DNA of 52,593 nt, the filler included, from Jimgerdemannia flammicorona (lineage: Eukaryota): the NCBI GenBank assembly GCA_003990765.1. It is 2 parts of 2 records of this genome, joined end to end, with 100 filler letters (N's around TTAATTAATTAA, not from the genome) between each part and the next. Parts side by side here need not be neighbours in the genome. Positions count along the whole stretch, not along the records: positions 1 to 26,247 come from RBNJ01000746.1; 1 more part is not named here. One strand, written 5' to 3'. The translations under genes and the position numbers were made by a program. The notes beneath the pieces are model-generated. The model worked only from the letters and a program-made list of their open reading frames with translations, had not been told where the DNA came from and ran no database searches. Below are positions 11,006-24,991 of this stretch, piece after piece. Within the stretch, counting starts at the first letter, position 1. Each line of letters opens with the position of its first letter.

Positions 11006-11840
11006 ATATATAAACTAAATAGTTCAAAATAATAAAATTAATTAAATAAGTCAAATAATATATATATTATATTAGCTAATATCTAGAGTGAAAAATCAGT
11101 AATTTAAAATATAAAATAACTATTTTTCAAAAATCTGACCTTTTTTAAAAACATAACTTTTTTTTATTTTAAAAAACTTAATCTTTTTTTAAAATTCTAA
11201 CTTTTTTTTTTTAAAAGGTTTATTTTATATATATCTTTATCTATATGCTAAAATCTTAAACAAAGCTCACAAATATATCAGCAATATTTTCTCTTAAATA
11301 AGATTCTGATAGCTTGATAAAACTAATTAATATATAGTTGAGATATTAATTTTAATAAATCTAATATATATTAATTTTAAGAAATATATATATGTTGAGT
11401 AATATCTATATATTAATAGTGAAATATTTAATCAGATATATATTCTATTTCTAAATAAATTAAATTGAAATAATATTAATTTGAAGATATTTAACTTTAA
11501 AATATTTAAATTAGTATTTAATATCAAAATATTAAATCTTATCTGTAGTATAATTTTGACATTATTATAATTTTATTGAAAGGCCAGTCTAATTTTATTT
11601 CATATAGTTCTAGTAGAAAAAATAGTAATATCTAGTTTCAGAAGACAAAAAAAGATCTCCTACTTCTAAATTCTCAACAACTATAAAAAGCTGATTATTA
11701 TAGATAATCTAGCAAACAAGCTTGTTCTGAAATAACTTTATTTGCTATTTTAGAGAATTATCAAATAACAATAAATTAATAAGAAAAGAAAAAGAAAAAG
11801 AAAAAGAAAATGGATAAGTTATATAAAAATCATACTTTTG

Positions 11841-11915
<75 letters not shown>

Positions 11916-12045
11916 ATCACTCCCACTTGATAACTCTTATTGGAATTTGTCAAAATGTGCTCACAAATTTGTTGCTGAGCTACCAATAGCCTTATATGAT
12001 ACTTTACAGTAGTTACATTTGATTTGGATATCTCCATTTTCCTTA

Positions 12046-12532
12046 TGCTCCCTTCTCGAGACACCGCGCCGCGTCTATTACGACGTGACGCTCTGCGGGG
12101 GGGCTGGAAAGTTCGCATTTCCACTGCGTGTTCGTCCATGTCGACCGCGTCGACGAGCTCGAGCCGCACACGTACGGGATTATGTACAAGGATGAGAACA
12201 TCATGTCGTGGGAGGGGCTGTTCGACTCAGAAACATGCGAGATCAACAACGTCCCCATCCAAGCCACGCCGTCGTCCCAACAGCTACACTTTCTCTACAG
12301 CCCCACGCGCCCGGCGTCCTATCTCTTGCGCACCTACACGGGTTGCATACTGCGCACCGACATTCGCAAGGGAGGCCTGAGGACAGAGAGGAGCTTCGCT
12401 CACGTGTTCGTGTATGAGCAGGAAGACGGTTTCCTGTTTGTCGAGTTCTGCGATAAGAAAGGAGGAGAGGAAAGGTTGGTCGAGCCAAAGGAGTATTTAA
12501 TGTTTGCGATTCACGACGTGATGTGGCAGTAA
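12046..12532 (+). CDS. Unknown protein, probably 3' part of a 5'-truncated host gene
   Basis: CpG-rich, GC3-biased frame 12128-12532 ending TAA; no credible ATG; upstream passes abruptly into AT-rich degenerate DNA. Confidence 0.45.
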
Positions 12533-12930
12533 GGAGAAGGTCGGAGTTTTCGGAGGAGTCTCGAATGTTTGAACATATCCGCACATTTGTAATTAGTCCA
12601 TTGCATGCATACGTTTAGCTGTTATATTCACAAACATTTTGCCCATTCTAATTATATACACAAATATTTGTTTGTTGTGCATATAAAAAATTCCAAACAT
12701 ATTCGTCTATTAAAGAAAATGACGACAACTAAGGATAGATAAAATGCATATGCGCTATCACTAATAATTAATTTTTGACTTTGCGAGGTGGTTCCTGTAG
12801 TGAATTCGGTTGCAAAAGAGGGGGCGATTTTATTGATAATGTGTATAGCGCGACTGATTGGTGACGTCACCCTGATGACGTTGTACATATCGAGTTGTAA
12901 CCAACAGTTCCGAAGCACCCGTCATCCACT

Positions 12931-15308
12931 TCATTTGCGCGCCACCAGTCTGATGTTCACATTTTCGACCATAGACGTGAATTGCGCGCGCTCGCGTGCG
13001 GGCGTCGCAGACGGCGGTGAAGGCATGAGCTGCACGTTGAAGCGGGAGACGGAAATGATGAGGAAAAACATAATCTCGAGGGTCGCCAGATGTCGGCCGG
13101 GGCAGATGCGGGGGCCTGGTGAGAGGAAGGAAGGAATGTTGGTGAGGCGGAGGCGATACACGATAATAAAGGTATGACATGAAGTACCTTGGCAAAAAGG
13201 ATTGGAAAGCTTACCTCCACCCTGGATGTGCCGAAAGGAGCAAGTGTTTAGAACGAAATAGAGGGAGAGGAATGTCAAATGAATAAATTTGAGATCACAG
13301 GAGCAATCCACAAGAATGGATTATTTTACTAATATGAAACAATCCAAAAATATCACATACAAAACCATAAGCATTCTGCGCCATGATCTTTTTCTCTTCG
13401 TCTGTACACTCTATCCACCTCTCGGGCTTAAATTCGAACGGATCCCTCGTCGGGCAGCTCCTCAACGAAGCGGGGCGGTACAGATGCACCATAATGGTTC
13501 CTTTTGGCAAGACATGTCCATCAAGGATCGTGTCCTCGTTGGATTCAACCATCTGGAGTGGCGCCACTGAATATAGCCTCATACTTTCCCGCATGACCCC
13601 GTAGGTGTATGGAAACTGTACGGTTGGGTCTTGGTGGAAGAACTCCGTCAGATCTGAGGTCGAGGTTGAGACCGCCAAGTCTCCCAGAATGGAGTCTACC
13701 TCAGAATGGAATCGCGCTTGGACGGTAGGATTACAGGCAAAGGCGTAGAGAATGTTGTTCATCGTGTTGGCGGTGGTGTCTGTATAGGATGGAATATGGA
13801 ATGTGGAATTTGAAGTGTTAGGGATCATAATAATATTTCTTTTAAATGAAATTGCTCTTGATCACACAAATGTAACCAACCATATCCAGCAATGATGACT
13901 TGGATCAGATTCCCTTTGATCTGCTCCAACGTTAATCTGCTCGCCTTTTCTGCCGACCTCGCCAGTTCAGCGTCTTCAAAATCGTCCCCTTCCCCAACCT
14001 TCTCGTACAGCAGCGATTCCAGCAGTGTGTTTATATGGCCCTCGTCCTTTCTCTTCCCGTTTTCTTTATCCTTTCTTATACTCTCGGCAATGTTGTCAAT
14101 GACCTCGTTCACGAGCGTGACGGCTTTATTGGCATCGCGGTCGCTTGCCGTGCTGTAGAAGCGCCACGTCGAGAGTGGGGTTACGAGGTGATGGTTGATG
14201 GTTGCCAGCACTTTTTGGATTAGATTAATCATATCAGGGGGGACGAGCTCGTCTTTACCTGGATTCCGCAAACAATTGTGTGGTACATGTTAAATGAAGT
14301 TCGAGGTGTATTGTGATCTCCCCAGTCGGCGCAACATCTACGTACCATGCGCGAACGCGTAATTGATAATAACTGCCAACGCGCGGTCGCTGAACTCGGA
14401 CCAGACTGGTGAGAGCTCCTTCGGGTTGTAGAAGACGCGGTCGGTGTGCTTCTTCCCCACAGCAGAGCTCACATGGTCTTCCTTTGGAAACCACTTCTCG
14501 TAAGTGATTTGGTGGTTCTTAGCGTGCTCGTCGAGCCGCTCGCGCAGAAGTAGCGCGTGATGGATGACCAATGACTTGCTCCGGGCGACCTTCCCCGGCG
14601 CGAACTGCGGCGCGATCCATTGCCGTGATTGCTTCCAGTCGGAAGCTGTGATTGGAGGATGTACGGGCAAGGATGAATCGTTAGTTGGCAGCTATAGCGA
14701 TATTTGGGCGGCTATTACCAACACCTTGAAATGAATGGAGTTGGTGTATAGGGAGTTTTGGAACTTACCCTCGGAGGAGAACAGTCCGTGCGTTCGTAGT
14801 TCTTTGAATAACGATATAAGTTTTGTCGTGCGACTGTAGCGATTCGGTCGTTCTTTGAGCTGTTGGTTGATTATGTCAGGATCGGACAAAACGATCCATT
14901 CTACTCCCGGCATCTTGACCTTAAAAATCGGGCCATATTCCCTAATAGGAAGAGATCGAGAGAGTTAATTAAAGCAATTAACCGCCATTCGTCCATGAGA
15001 GTGCAACAAAATCACCCCCCCCCCCTCTACCTATTTCTTTCTATTTCTCTCCACCCCATCTTTGGTTCTGGTACTTACCAAGACCATTGCTCCAGCTGTA
15101 ATGGAAAATAGTTGGGATTTATCTGAAGTAGGTTTCCGAGAATGGGAATTCCTGGGGGTCCGGGGAAAATCTCCTTGGATTGTTTCTTGCTGAAAGATCG
15201 CCAGTAACTCAGGAGTGCGATGGCGGCGGTAGCCAATGACATGACACCGAGAGTGACAGTAATGTTGGGGGTGACGGAAGCAAGATGGGCATTGGGTGCG
15301 AAAGACAT
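12931..15308 (-). CDS. Cytochrome P450, 7 exons, 563 aa
   Basis: Exons 15308-15079, 14941-14769, 14645-14346, 14258-13881, 13779-13361, 13221-13215, 13115-12931, all with GT..AG introns, total 1692 nt. TM anchor + PGPPGIPILGNL, AGYDTT, ESMR, KPERW, FGGGPRICPG. Confidence 0.95.
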
Positions 15309-16449
15309 GGCTATTTGTTGAATAGTAGGAATTGCGATTTACAAGGAAAATAGGAAGTGCGCGCGAATATATATATGCATGTGATGGGCGCTCGTAGGGG
15401 GGACGTGTCGTCTTAATATTAGGACAAATTGGACCGAGCCACTTATTCTTCGGGCCTGTTTTTTCTTCGGTCCGTTTTTTCTTCGGCCCGTTTCTCCCGA
15501 AATAGTAACCTCGTGCCGAAAGCCGAATGAAAACGGTCATTCAGAAGTCGCTAATTTCATCAGCATGTGTGCGCACGTGCAATAATGCCATGTGCTTGTG
15601 TGTGTGCGGTGCAATAATGCCGTATGCGCTTAACTGTCATTCTAATAAGAAGTTGCGCGTTTCGTTGTCTCTTGAGTCATAAAACGGAATCCTGCGTAAC
15701 ATAGACTGTGAGAATCATGTGATTTACCTCCGTGTGTCAGCAAAGGTGAATAGTAGAGTCAGTAGCTGATATTGGTTTTGACATCAGTGTCCACGTGCTG
15801 CCCAATTTCCGAGATCCGAAGTGGAATATATGACATGGGCGATGATTGGTGAGGTATTATTATTGCCAACTACATCCTGATTTAGTATTTTGTGAGGCTG
15901 AAGGACCCGAGCAATTTAGGTGTAAAGATGCCTACTGATATCATGTTATTTTCTCTTTACTTCGCCTCACATTTCACATACGAAAAGGTTCACAACTCAC
16001 AGCAAGTAAAGCTGAAATCGAAGCTCAGAGCTGGAGCTCGCATCTTGTTTTTTATCATCCACAAATTGTGAGATCCGATTTTGACGGGGCTCGGTGACTG
16101 CGAGCCGATATCTGCCATGAGAAATTTAGCTCATGAACAGCGTAACCAAGCTGTGATAATAGAAAATCAATACATGAGGATACTTTATTTCATCGCAACT
16201 TGTCGATTGTAACTATATAGAACGAACCAACCAGCCACTTTTCATCCCTCAGCACATTTATTCCACTCGGCCACGCGATACTCTAGACTCTTTGATTCGA
16301 AAAGTCACTGGCATGGAAATCATGGAACTGACACCCAACGTGAATGGTCGGGCAATCCAACGTGAACTCTGGGTTTTTGTATGACAGCGCTCGATATTGG
16401 TATTGCGCGCCATCAGGGTCAAAACTTTAAATCGTGGATCGACAAGATT

Positions 16450-16550
16450 GGTAAAATTGGATCGACGAAAATTGAATCGACGATAAAATTGGATCGGCAA
16501 AAATTAAATCCACGATAAAAATTGGATCGGCAAAAACTGAATCGACGACC
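16450..16550. repeat. Tandem repeat of ~15-17 bp subunits (AAAATTGGATCGRCR / AAAATTGAATCGACGAT)
   Basis: About six to seven alternating subunits with CpGs retained. Confidence 0.8.
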
Positions 16551-16610
16551 GTCCAAAGTGTCGTTAAGGATGGCCATAATGTCGTGCAACTAGTCCCATA
16601 TTGACTGACC

Positions 16611-16786
16611 TGCGTGCCAACCTCTTCGTCGTCGTCATTCTCTACATCCGAGGTATTGTCCGCCTTGCTGTTGTCTTCGTCAAGGCCTCCGTCTATCACC
16701 CTTGGCACCTCTATGATGACCTCTGATTCCTTGCGTCGGCGGTTTATATGCTATGGGATTGAGACGGATGTACATGTGTCGGGTAA

Positions 16787-16855
<69 letters not shown>

Positions 16856-17222
16856 TTATTTTGGGGACGTTTACCTGATATGTGTGGGAGGGGTCAGAAT
16901 CGTAGAGGTAGTCCTGATGGGTGCCGGTAACCGGGTTAGATTTGGGCCACACCGGCTCTTGTGGTTGGCGTTCAGCATAGTAATATGCCCTTCATGTTCA
17001 TCATGTTTCATCCGCCCATTTATTTACTATATCCGTTATCTCCTCATTTCCAGGCACGGCCTTCGTTGCCGGGGCGGCCATTGTGATTGTGTAGTCGTAC
17101 TGACCGAAAGGGATAAAACGGCGGAATCTCCATGGCGGTCGGATCAGCGATGGTGCCCGCACTCGCCGGGGTCCTTGTGGGTGAGAAGTGGTCGTGCTGT
17201 TATAGAGCGCGTTGCATAGCAC
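16611..17222 (-). pseudogene. Possible intron-containing gene remnant with acidic segment
   Basis: Plausible GTAAAC..TAG intron holding a long poly(A), then exon HINRRRKESEVIIEVPR...DDDEEVGTQ followed by GTCAGT; upstream frame broken by stops near 17001. Confidence 0.3.
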
Positions 17223-17807
17223 GGGCCTTGAACTGCTGTTTGGAGGTTTTTCGAGAGTTGGGGGACTGTCATCAAATAAACATGCGTCAGTTGTGGCTGA
17301 ACCGAACTGTACACAGAAATTTGTGGCTCGCGATTAAGTATATATTGTCACATAGTGGGCGCTGAGTCCTTCAAATACATCAGATTCTTTTCAAGGTGTA
17401 TATCTCTTAGACTAACTACAAGTTTGTTATAAGCAAGTTCTTATTGGAGTGCCTTCCCGAGGTCTTATAGTCCCCAAACTTCTTATCTTTAAACTGTCTT
17501 GTTATCTCTTTAGATTGCTTACATGGAATTGAATGTAAGTGAACTAAGGGAACTGACTTTATTTCAAAGAAAATGAGAGGAGTATTTATACAAAATATAA
17601 TTCAATGGTTGCTAAGATATAAAGCTAAATATAAATTCCAATAACAAAATAAATAAAATACTGGAACACAGAAAACTTCAGTTATAAGTACAAATTTGAG
17701 TGTCTATACAAATAGTTGCACAAGTTCAGGATGCTAGTAGATTTCAGTTGTACAAGAAAAGGATGCCAGAAGATTTAGATGTTCAGATAAACAGTTACAC
17801 AAAGAAC

Positions 17808-18658
17808 TCAGAGCAGAATGTTCAGGATCCTGGGGGCTTCATCTTCATCACTATTATTAAGGTTAGAGATCAGAGACAGGATGTCTTCAAAGGAGATAAG
17901 ATCAGTAAATGTTTCATCTGTTTCACATATGTTTTGCATTTTGCATACTTCACACATGTTGTCAATTAGCAAGATGACATCATCACATTCAGCAGTGGCA
18001 AGGAGAGCAAGGAGATCAGGGGCTCTCTAATTGATAACATTCTCTTCTACAAAATAAAAGACAAATATGGAGTCTTGGAGAGATCTAACCTAGATACTGG
18101 GACCTTGGAATACTGAGATCAATCCTTATAAGAATTGATCTGAATTGTCCTGGAGAATGAGATTCCAGAACTCTTCTATCTTATCACTATTGAGAGTAAT
18201 GGTGGATTGGGCTTCTATGGTCACTATGGCCTCTAGTATATCTGTACAGTAGGCTGACAATTCTTTGAAGTCTGAGACTCTGGTATACTCCAAGTTGGGG
18301 ATTGACTATAGTGCATATCTGAAGATCTGATAAATCTTCTTAGCTATCCTTATTTTATATATATCTATAGGGATAGCATCTTATATCTCTTGGAGACTGG
18401 TCTGAGGGAATTCCCAGAAGAGAAGATTTCTATTTTATACTCCTACTATATCCAGAGGTATTCAGTAGTGATAGTGATCCTTGTTTCCATTTTATAGTAG
18501 TAGAGGATAAAGTGATAAAGGTCACTAGTATCCAGATTGAGGCTAGAAGTCCTTCTGGTGTAGGTCCTTATAGCTCTTCTGATATCTTGGAATATCCTTT
18601 TTTAGACTGAGGGGCCTTGGTGGTTCCTGGATCTTGAGGTTTGGTGAGTGGTAAGTAT
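17808..18658 (-). pseudogene. LTR-encoded accessory protein, copy A2 3' LTR
   Basis: Homologous to 2710-3522; ATG>ATA, multiple stops; ends ILNILL*. Confidence 0.8.
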
Positions 18659-21600
18659 TTTGTTTATAGTGAGTCTTTGAGTTATTTTGGAGTTTTAAGA
18701 GTCTTGTTTGATTTGCTACTGCTATAGTTCCTTAGTCTTTCTTTTATATTTCTTGAGATATCTATCTTGTAGTCATAATGACTTATGGTTGGTCATCATT
18801 ACTCATCTTATAGCCTGGGTGAGTTATGCTATATAATCTTCTTGTGCTCTGATCTGATGGCTTATAAGAAAAGACTATCTCCTGTAATGATATCACTATT
18901 CTGAGATCACTATTACATCTTTCTTCTAAATAAGGATCTTCTCTTGAACATTCTCATTCATTGGTCTAGTCTGAAAATTTGCTAATTTCATAATCTCTGG
19001 CAGGAGGTCAAAAAGTGATATTTATGGGCTAGTATCTTCCTTATATATTTTAGTATAATGGTGAAGAGTCACTCTCTTCAGAGTAAGAGCCTAATTCTGA
19101 TCTTAACTAATCAGTTGATGGTTTGAACTTCTCTGGCTTTGAAAGTCTTATGGATGAGTAGTTGCTAGTACCATATCTCTTAGAGAATGGTCCAGACAGA
19201 TTGCCTGCTGGTCATAAGACATATTGTTACAATTTGTGGACTAGAACCTCATAGGTGATCATAATATTTTACATCTCTTATATGGGTTCATGGTACTTCT
19301 TGAGTGTGTTCCTATATACTATGGTAAGCAGTATGGTCTCTGAGAGTTTTCTAAACCAGAAGATAGTTCTCTTGATATCTTGCATATAGAAGGGTCCTTC
19401 CCATTTGGGCTCTAGTTTTCATAACCATAAGACTTCTACTATATTTTGATATAGTAGAACCTTTTCTCTAATTTGAATAGATTCTAGAGTCTTGTGATTC
19501 TTTTCTACATTCTTCCTTATTAGTACTTATGACTTGATGATATAATCTTCTGCCTTCTTCTTGATTTGATATAGTCTCTGGATTTCTGAGTCAATTTATC
19601 ACTAAGTTAGATCTAGATTTATAGCTGAGGTTCTATCAGAATCTTCTTCTCTGAAGATCAGTTCTCTTGGAAAAGTGTGTACTCTATAATTGTATATCTT
19701 ATAAGAAAGAGAGGGCAGTTGAGAGGTAGTTATCCCAATTCTTATATGTTTCTGATATCTTAGCCAGAATGTTCTCAAGGGTCTTGTTAGTTCTTTCTAT
19801 CTATCTATTATTTTATAGAATCTGTTGACAAATTCTGTACCACAGTCTATAGTAATTTGTCTTGATGTCTTATTGTAGCAGATGATTTCTTAATATAGGA
19901 AGTTAGTAATAGAGAGAGCATTGGCTTCTATAATACTCTTACTTATATCTATTTGGTAAAGAGGTCTACAATAACTATGATGTAGTAGTTTTCTGATAGA
20001 GTTACTGGTAGTGGTCTAATGATATCTATTATAATGTAATAGAAGAGAATAGATTTGATTCTTGATAATCTGGATGTCTGGTCTTGCTGATCTTGTTTCT
20101 GTTTTTGGCACTTATCATACTTTTTGACAAATTGGCACAGGTCTTCTTCCATCTTAGGCCATCACATAGTTCTTCTTATCTTGTCATATATATTGGTTCC
20201 TCCTAGATATCTTTGTTCATATACTTCCTTCATTACTTGATACTTCTTATTTTCAGATATTATGAGTTTTTCTCCTTTTCTGAGTATAGTGTTGTCTAGT
20301 TCAAATTGTTTCCAAGTCTAGTTAATAATAGTGATAGTCCAGGGTTTGGAGTAGTTGGGCATCTTCCACTACCTAAGATAGCTGATTAATCTATAGTATA
20401 ACTTCTTATTTATGTTGAATAGTCTTGATGGGAGTATTTCAGAGTATCCTTGAAAGTGCATCAGTATTGGTATTAGTTCTTCCTGAGCAGTATTTGATAG
20501 TACAGTTATACTCTTGTAGTCTGTAGATCTATCTAATATATATTTCTTTGGAGTTCAAAGTGTGGAATAGCTAGACAAGAGCAGAGTAGTCTGTTTGAAT
20601 AGTGAAGTATTTCTCAGCTAGATAGTAGTAGAACTTATCTACTGCCCAAACTACTGCTAAGTATTTGAGCTTGCATGACTTATAGTTCTGTTCTGCTCTG
20701 TAGATACTTCAGCTTATATAAAAGATAACATATTTATATCCATCTTTCTTCTGAGCTAGCACTACTCTAAGTTCTATAGTACTTATATCTGTCTGTAGGA
20801 TGGACTCTAGATTTCAATCTAGTCTTCTGAGGATAGGTGCTTGGGTTAACCTAGTCGTGAGTTTATTGAAGGTTTCTTGACATTTCTTAGTCCATTCAAA
20901 TTTGGTCTCCTTCTTCAGTAGCTTATAGATAGGTGCTATAATATTAGAGTATCTTTTAATAAATCTTCTATAGTAGGAGGCCAGTCCAAGAAAGATATAG
21001 ACTTTTGTGGTTGTTCTTGGTCTTGGATAGGCTACAACAGCCTCAATATTCATAGAGTCTATATGAATTCCAGTCTGGTTGATAATGTGTTCTAGGTAGG
21101 TGATTTCTTGAGCTATAAACTTATACTTCTTGGGCTTGATATAGAGGTCATACTCCTTGAGCTTCTTGAGGGCTAGCTGTATATAGTTGATATATTTCCA
21201 TGTAGTATTACTGAAGAAGATCATATCATCAATATAGACAAAGAGCTACTTTCTAATATTATTACTAAAGACTCTGTTCATCATTTACTAAAAACTTACT
21301 AGAGTATTACATATTCTAAATAGTATTTGCAGGTAGACATAGGTGGTATCAGATGTGATAAAGGTTGATTTCTCACTGGCATCTTGAGTGAGACCAATCT
21401 GATAGAAGTCTGAGAATAGATCTAAGGTAGTATAGTATTTAGCTTCATAAGGATTTCTTGAATATTTGACAAGAGCTGCCTATTCTTCTTGGTAATTGTA
21501 TTGAGCTTTCTATAATTAATACAGGGTCTTGGGGAAAACTCTCTAGACTTACTTTCTTTCTTTAGAGTAAGGACAATGAGTGAAGCCCAGGGGCTGATAG

Positions 21601-24600
21601 CTTGCTTGATGATACTGACTTCTTTTATTTTCTTAAGTTTTGCTTGTAGCCATTCTCTGTAGGCAGGTGGTATAGGTCTGGCTTTCTGATAGATAGGCTT
21701 GGTATCATCAGTATCAACTTTATAGTAGTACTTGAGTTCTTGATTGTAGATGTCTCTAAAGTCTGTAGTAAGTACTCTTTCATTTTGGTACAGGATCTTG
21801 AGAAGTTGTTCTTCTATGGGAAAGTTTTCTCTAATAGTATATGTATACTTGCTTGAGTTCTTATCTGTCTTGTGCTTGAGTTCAGTAATCTTGGTTGCAG
21901 CATAGACTCCTCTTATAGTAGATCCAAAGCCTTGTTCTCCTCACTTAGTCTTGATGAGATTGATGGCTTCAGTGATCTTAGGCTTCTTGACTTCATGGAT
22001 CAGTATCTGGCCAATTCTGTCATACTTCTTAACTTCAAATGGGGTGGTAGAGTTGTGATTTCTAATTATAAGAAAGATCTCACCAGTGTAATCAGTGTCA
22101 ATAACTCCTTCTTTAACTGAGATTTTGCTCTTAGTCAGATTGCTCCTGGTCTTGATAATTCCAGCATAGTTCTCTGATAACTTGACTCCAGTTCCAGTAC
22201 CAAGTAGAGTGGTGGTCTGTGGTCTGAGGAAAGCATCTTAGATGTTGGTAAGGTCTATTCCTATGGCTCCTTCAGTCTTGTATTCTGGGATCTTAGTTTC
22301 AGGGTAAAACTTCTTGACCTTGAGAGTGATGTCTGATTCTTGTTTCTCCTCATTATTGCTATCAGCTTGAAGCTCTGGAGACTGGTCATCTTCTTCAGCT
22401 TTCTTTTTTGCTTCAGTAGCTTCTTGCTTATACATATCTTTGTTAATGGATTTTTCTAACTTTACTGATATAGGACTAGTAGTCATTTAGGTGTTTGAAG
22501 CAGTATATCCTAGTACTATGGGGGTATCTTTCTTGAGGAGTATAGCTATTAATGATCTTGTTATACCACTGCTCATCTGTAAGCTTTGTTATCTTACTCT
22601 TGTTCTTACATACTGAGTATATGAAGACTTTTGTATTTTCTTCATCTTCTTCCTCTATGTCTAGTAGTACTTCTTTATGGATATTAATAGATACTCATAC
22701 CTTTCTTTCTCTATAATTAATTTGTATTTTCTAGGTATTGAGATCAATAATAGCCTTGGCCTTATAAAGTCTTTGGTTACTAATGAAGATATCATAGTTG
22801 GTAGCACTTGTAACAATCATATCTACTGAGATAGTAGCTCCTCCAATCTTGATAGAGACTTCTCAGATCTTATCTAAGAGAGTAGCTCATATATTATCTG
22901 CTATAACATAGACTATTTTGATAGATTCTTCAATATCTCAGCCTAGGCAGTCAATTGCCTTTTTGCTCATAAGATATCCTTAAGCACTGGTATCAATGAT
23001 AGCATCAAAGATATAATCTTCAATCTGATATTAAGTATAGGCTGAGGTCTTATACTGATCTTCAGATTCTTTGCCTGAGTCTTCTTGTTTATCTTCCTGT
23101 ACATTGTAAGCTTTTATGATCTTGTACTCTTGGTTCTTGACAGTAGTTGCAAGTCCTACTCTCAACTACTGTCTGAAGGCAGAGACTTCTGCTAGTTGTC
23201 TAAAAATGGTATTGATCTTCTATTCCTTGAGATCCTTATAGATATCATACTAGTAAATCTTAATCTTACATAGCTTCTGTTCTTTCTTGCTTTCACTTTC
23301 TTCTAAAACTAGAGTAGTATCTTCAATAATTTGGCAGGCAGCTTTATCTAACTCTATTCTTGATCAATCTTCTCAGATTGGATCTTACTTTGAATAGTGA
23401 TGGTTGAGATCTTTTTTTGTCTTCCAACTGACTTGCTGTTGTCTTTCTTATCATAGGGCTTGGATCAGATTCTAGTAGCTTCAGTAACAGGGTAGAATTC
23501 AGACTCTTTATAGTATTCTTTATTATCAGTATTATCAATCTCCTTGATGACTACTATATTGATTTGTTTTCTAGTTCTGGTGGCATCACTTGATTGAGCT
23601 CTGAACCTTATTTCAGTTATATAATTCTTTGTATAGTGGTCTTCTTAGTATATGATGGTACATTTCTCTATAGTAGCTATAAACTTCTGCACTGGTCTCC
23701 TGTTGATACTTAGTACTTCTCTAACAATATTACCAAGATATACAGTCATCTTGACAAACTGCTGGGCAAGTTTCTCTACTAGGTCAGCTTTGGTCATTTT
23801 GGGGATAGGTGGGGATAGGTGGGGATAGTTGTCTGTTGATAGCTGTAGTAGATATGATACTGGTTAGTTTTGGTGGCCCTATCTTGATGTCAGTTATTCT
23901 TTCTATTGAGTGTTCAGCAGAGTGTCTGATAGTCAAATATCTCTATACAAAAACTACTTTCTGATCAAGGGTCAGAGCAACTAAAGTAGATCAGATTGCT
24001 AGAGTAATTTCATGGTAGACTCCTTTTAAGAAGGTTGAATCAGCTATTTGTTCCTTGAGGACATTATCATAGTTAGCTAAGACAATCTGGTAGCAGATTT
24101 AGGTATAGAATAAGTTGAGATCTTTGCTGAGTTCCTGGTAGATAGTATTGAGTTAATCTTTGAGAGCTTGCTTGATCATGTAGTTCTGAGAAAGTTCTTT
24201 ATATTGACAAGTTTGACTGTATCAGCATTAGTAATAGTGGCTATATTGAACTTGTCTCTGGTAGGTCCTCTGAGGCTAACTGGTAGAAGGGCCAATTGTG
24301 CATTTATGGTAAGAACTTATATGGCATCAAATTGTTCAAAGTCTTCAATGAAGGTCAGGATTGACTCTTTAGTAGTAAATCCATAGAATGTGGAGGGATA
24401 TATTTCTATCTTATCTTGAATTCTTACAGGGGGTAACTCTTATAGTCAGGATAGTTATTATGGTGGTTATTTGTTTTTTCAGCTTGAAAGTGAGAAATTC
24501 ATCTTGAATTACTAGTCAATGGGTACTAAGTTATCATATAGTGGGCACTGAGTTCTTCAAATATGTCAGATCCTCTTCAAGGTATATCTCTTAGACTAAC

Positions 24601-24991
24601 TACAAGTTTGTTATAAGTAAGTTCTTATTAGAGTATCTTCTCAAGGTCTTATAGTCCTCAAACTTCTTATCTTTAAACTATCTTATTATCTCTTTAGATT
24701 GCTTATGTAGAATTAAGTATAAGTAAACTGAGGAAACTGACTTTATTTTAAAGAAAATGAGAGGGGTATTTATATAAAATATAATTCAATAGTTGCTAAG
24801 ATATAAAGCTAAATATAAATTTCAATAACCAAATAAATAAGATATTAGAACATAGAAAACTTTGGTTGTAAGTATAAATTTAAGTATCTGTACAAATGAT
24901 TGCATAAGTTTAGAATACTGGTAGATTTCAGTTGTATAAGAAAAGGATACCAAAAGATTTAGATGTTCAGATAAACAGTTATATAAAGAAC

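Noticed and set aside
11010..11930. AT-rich block as a DNA-transposon relic
   Set aside because: Too degenerate; no paired TIR or catalytic motif could be supported.
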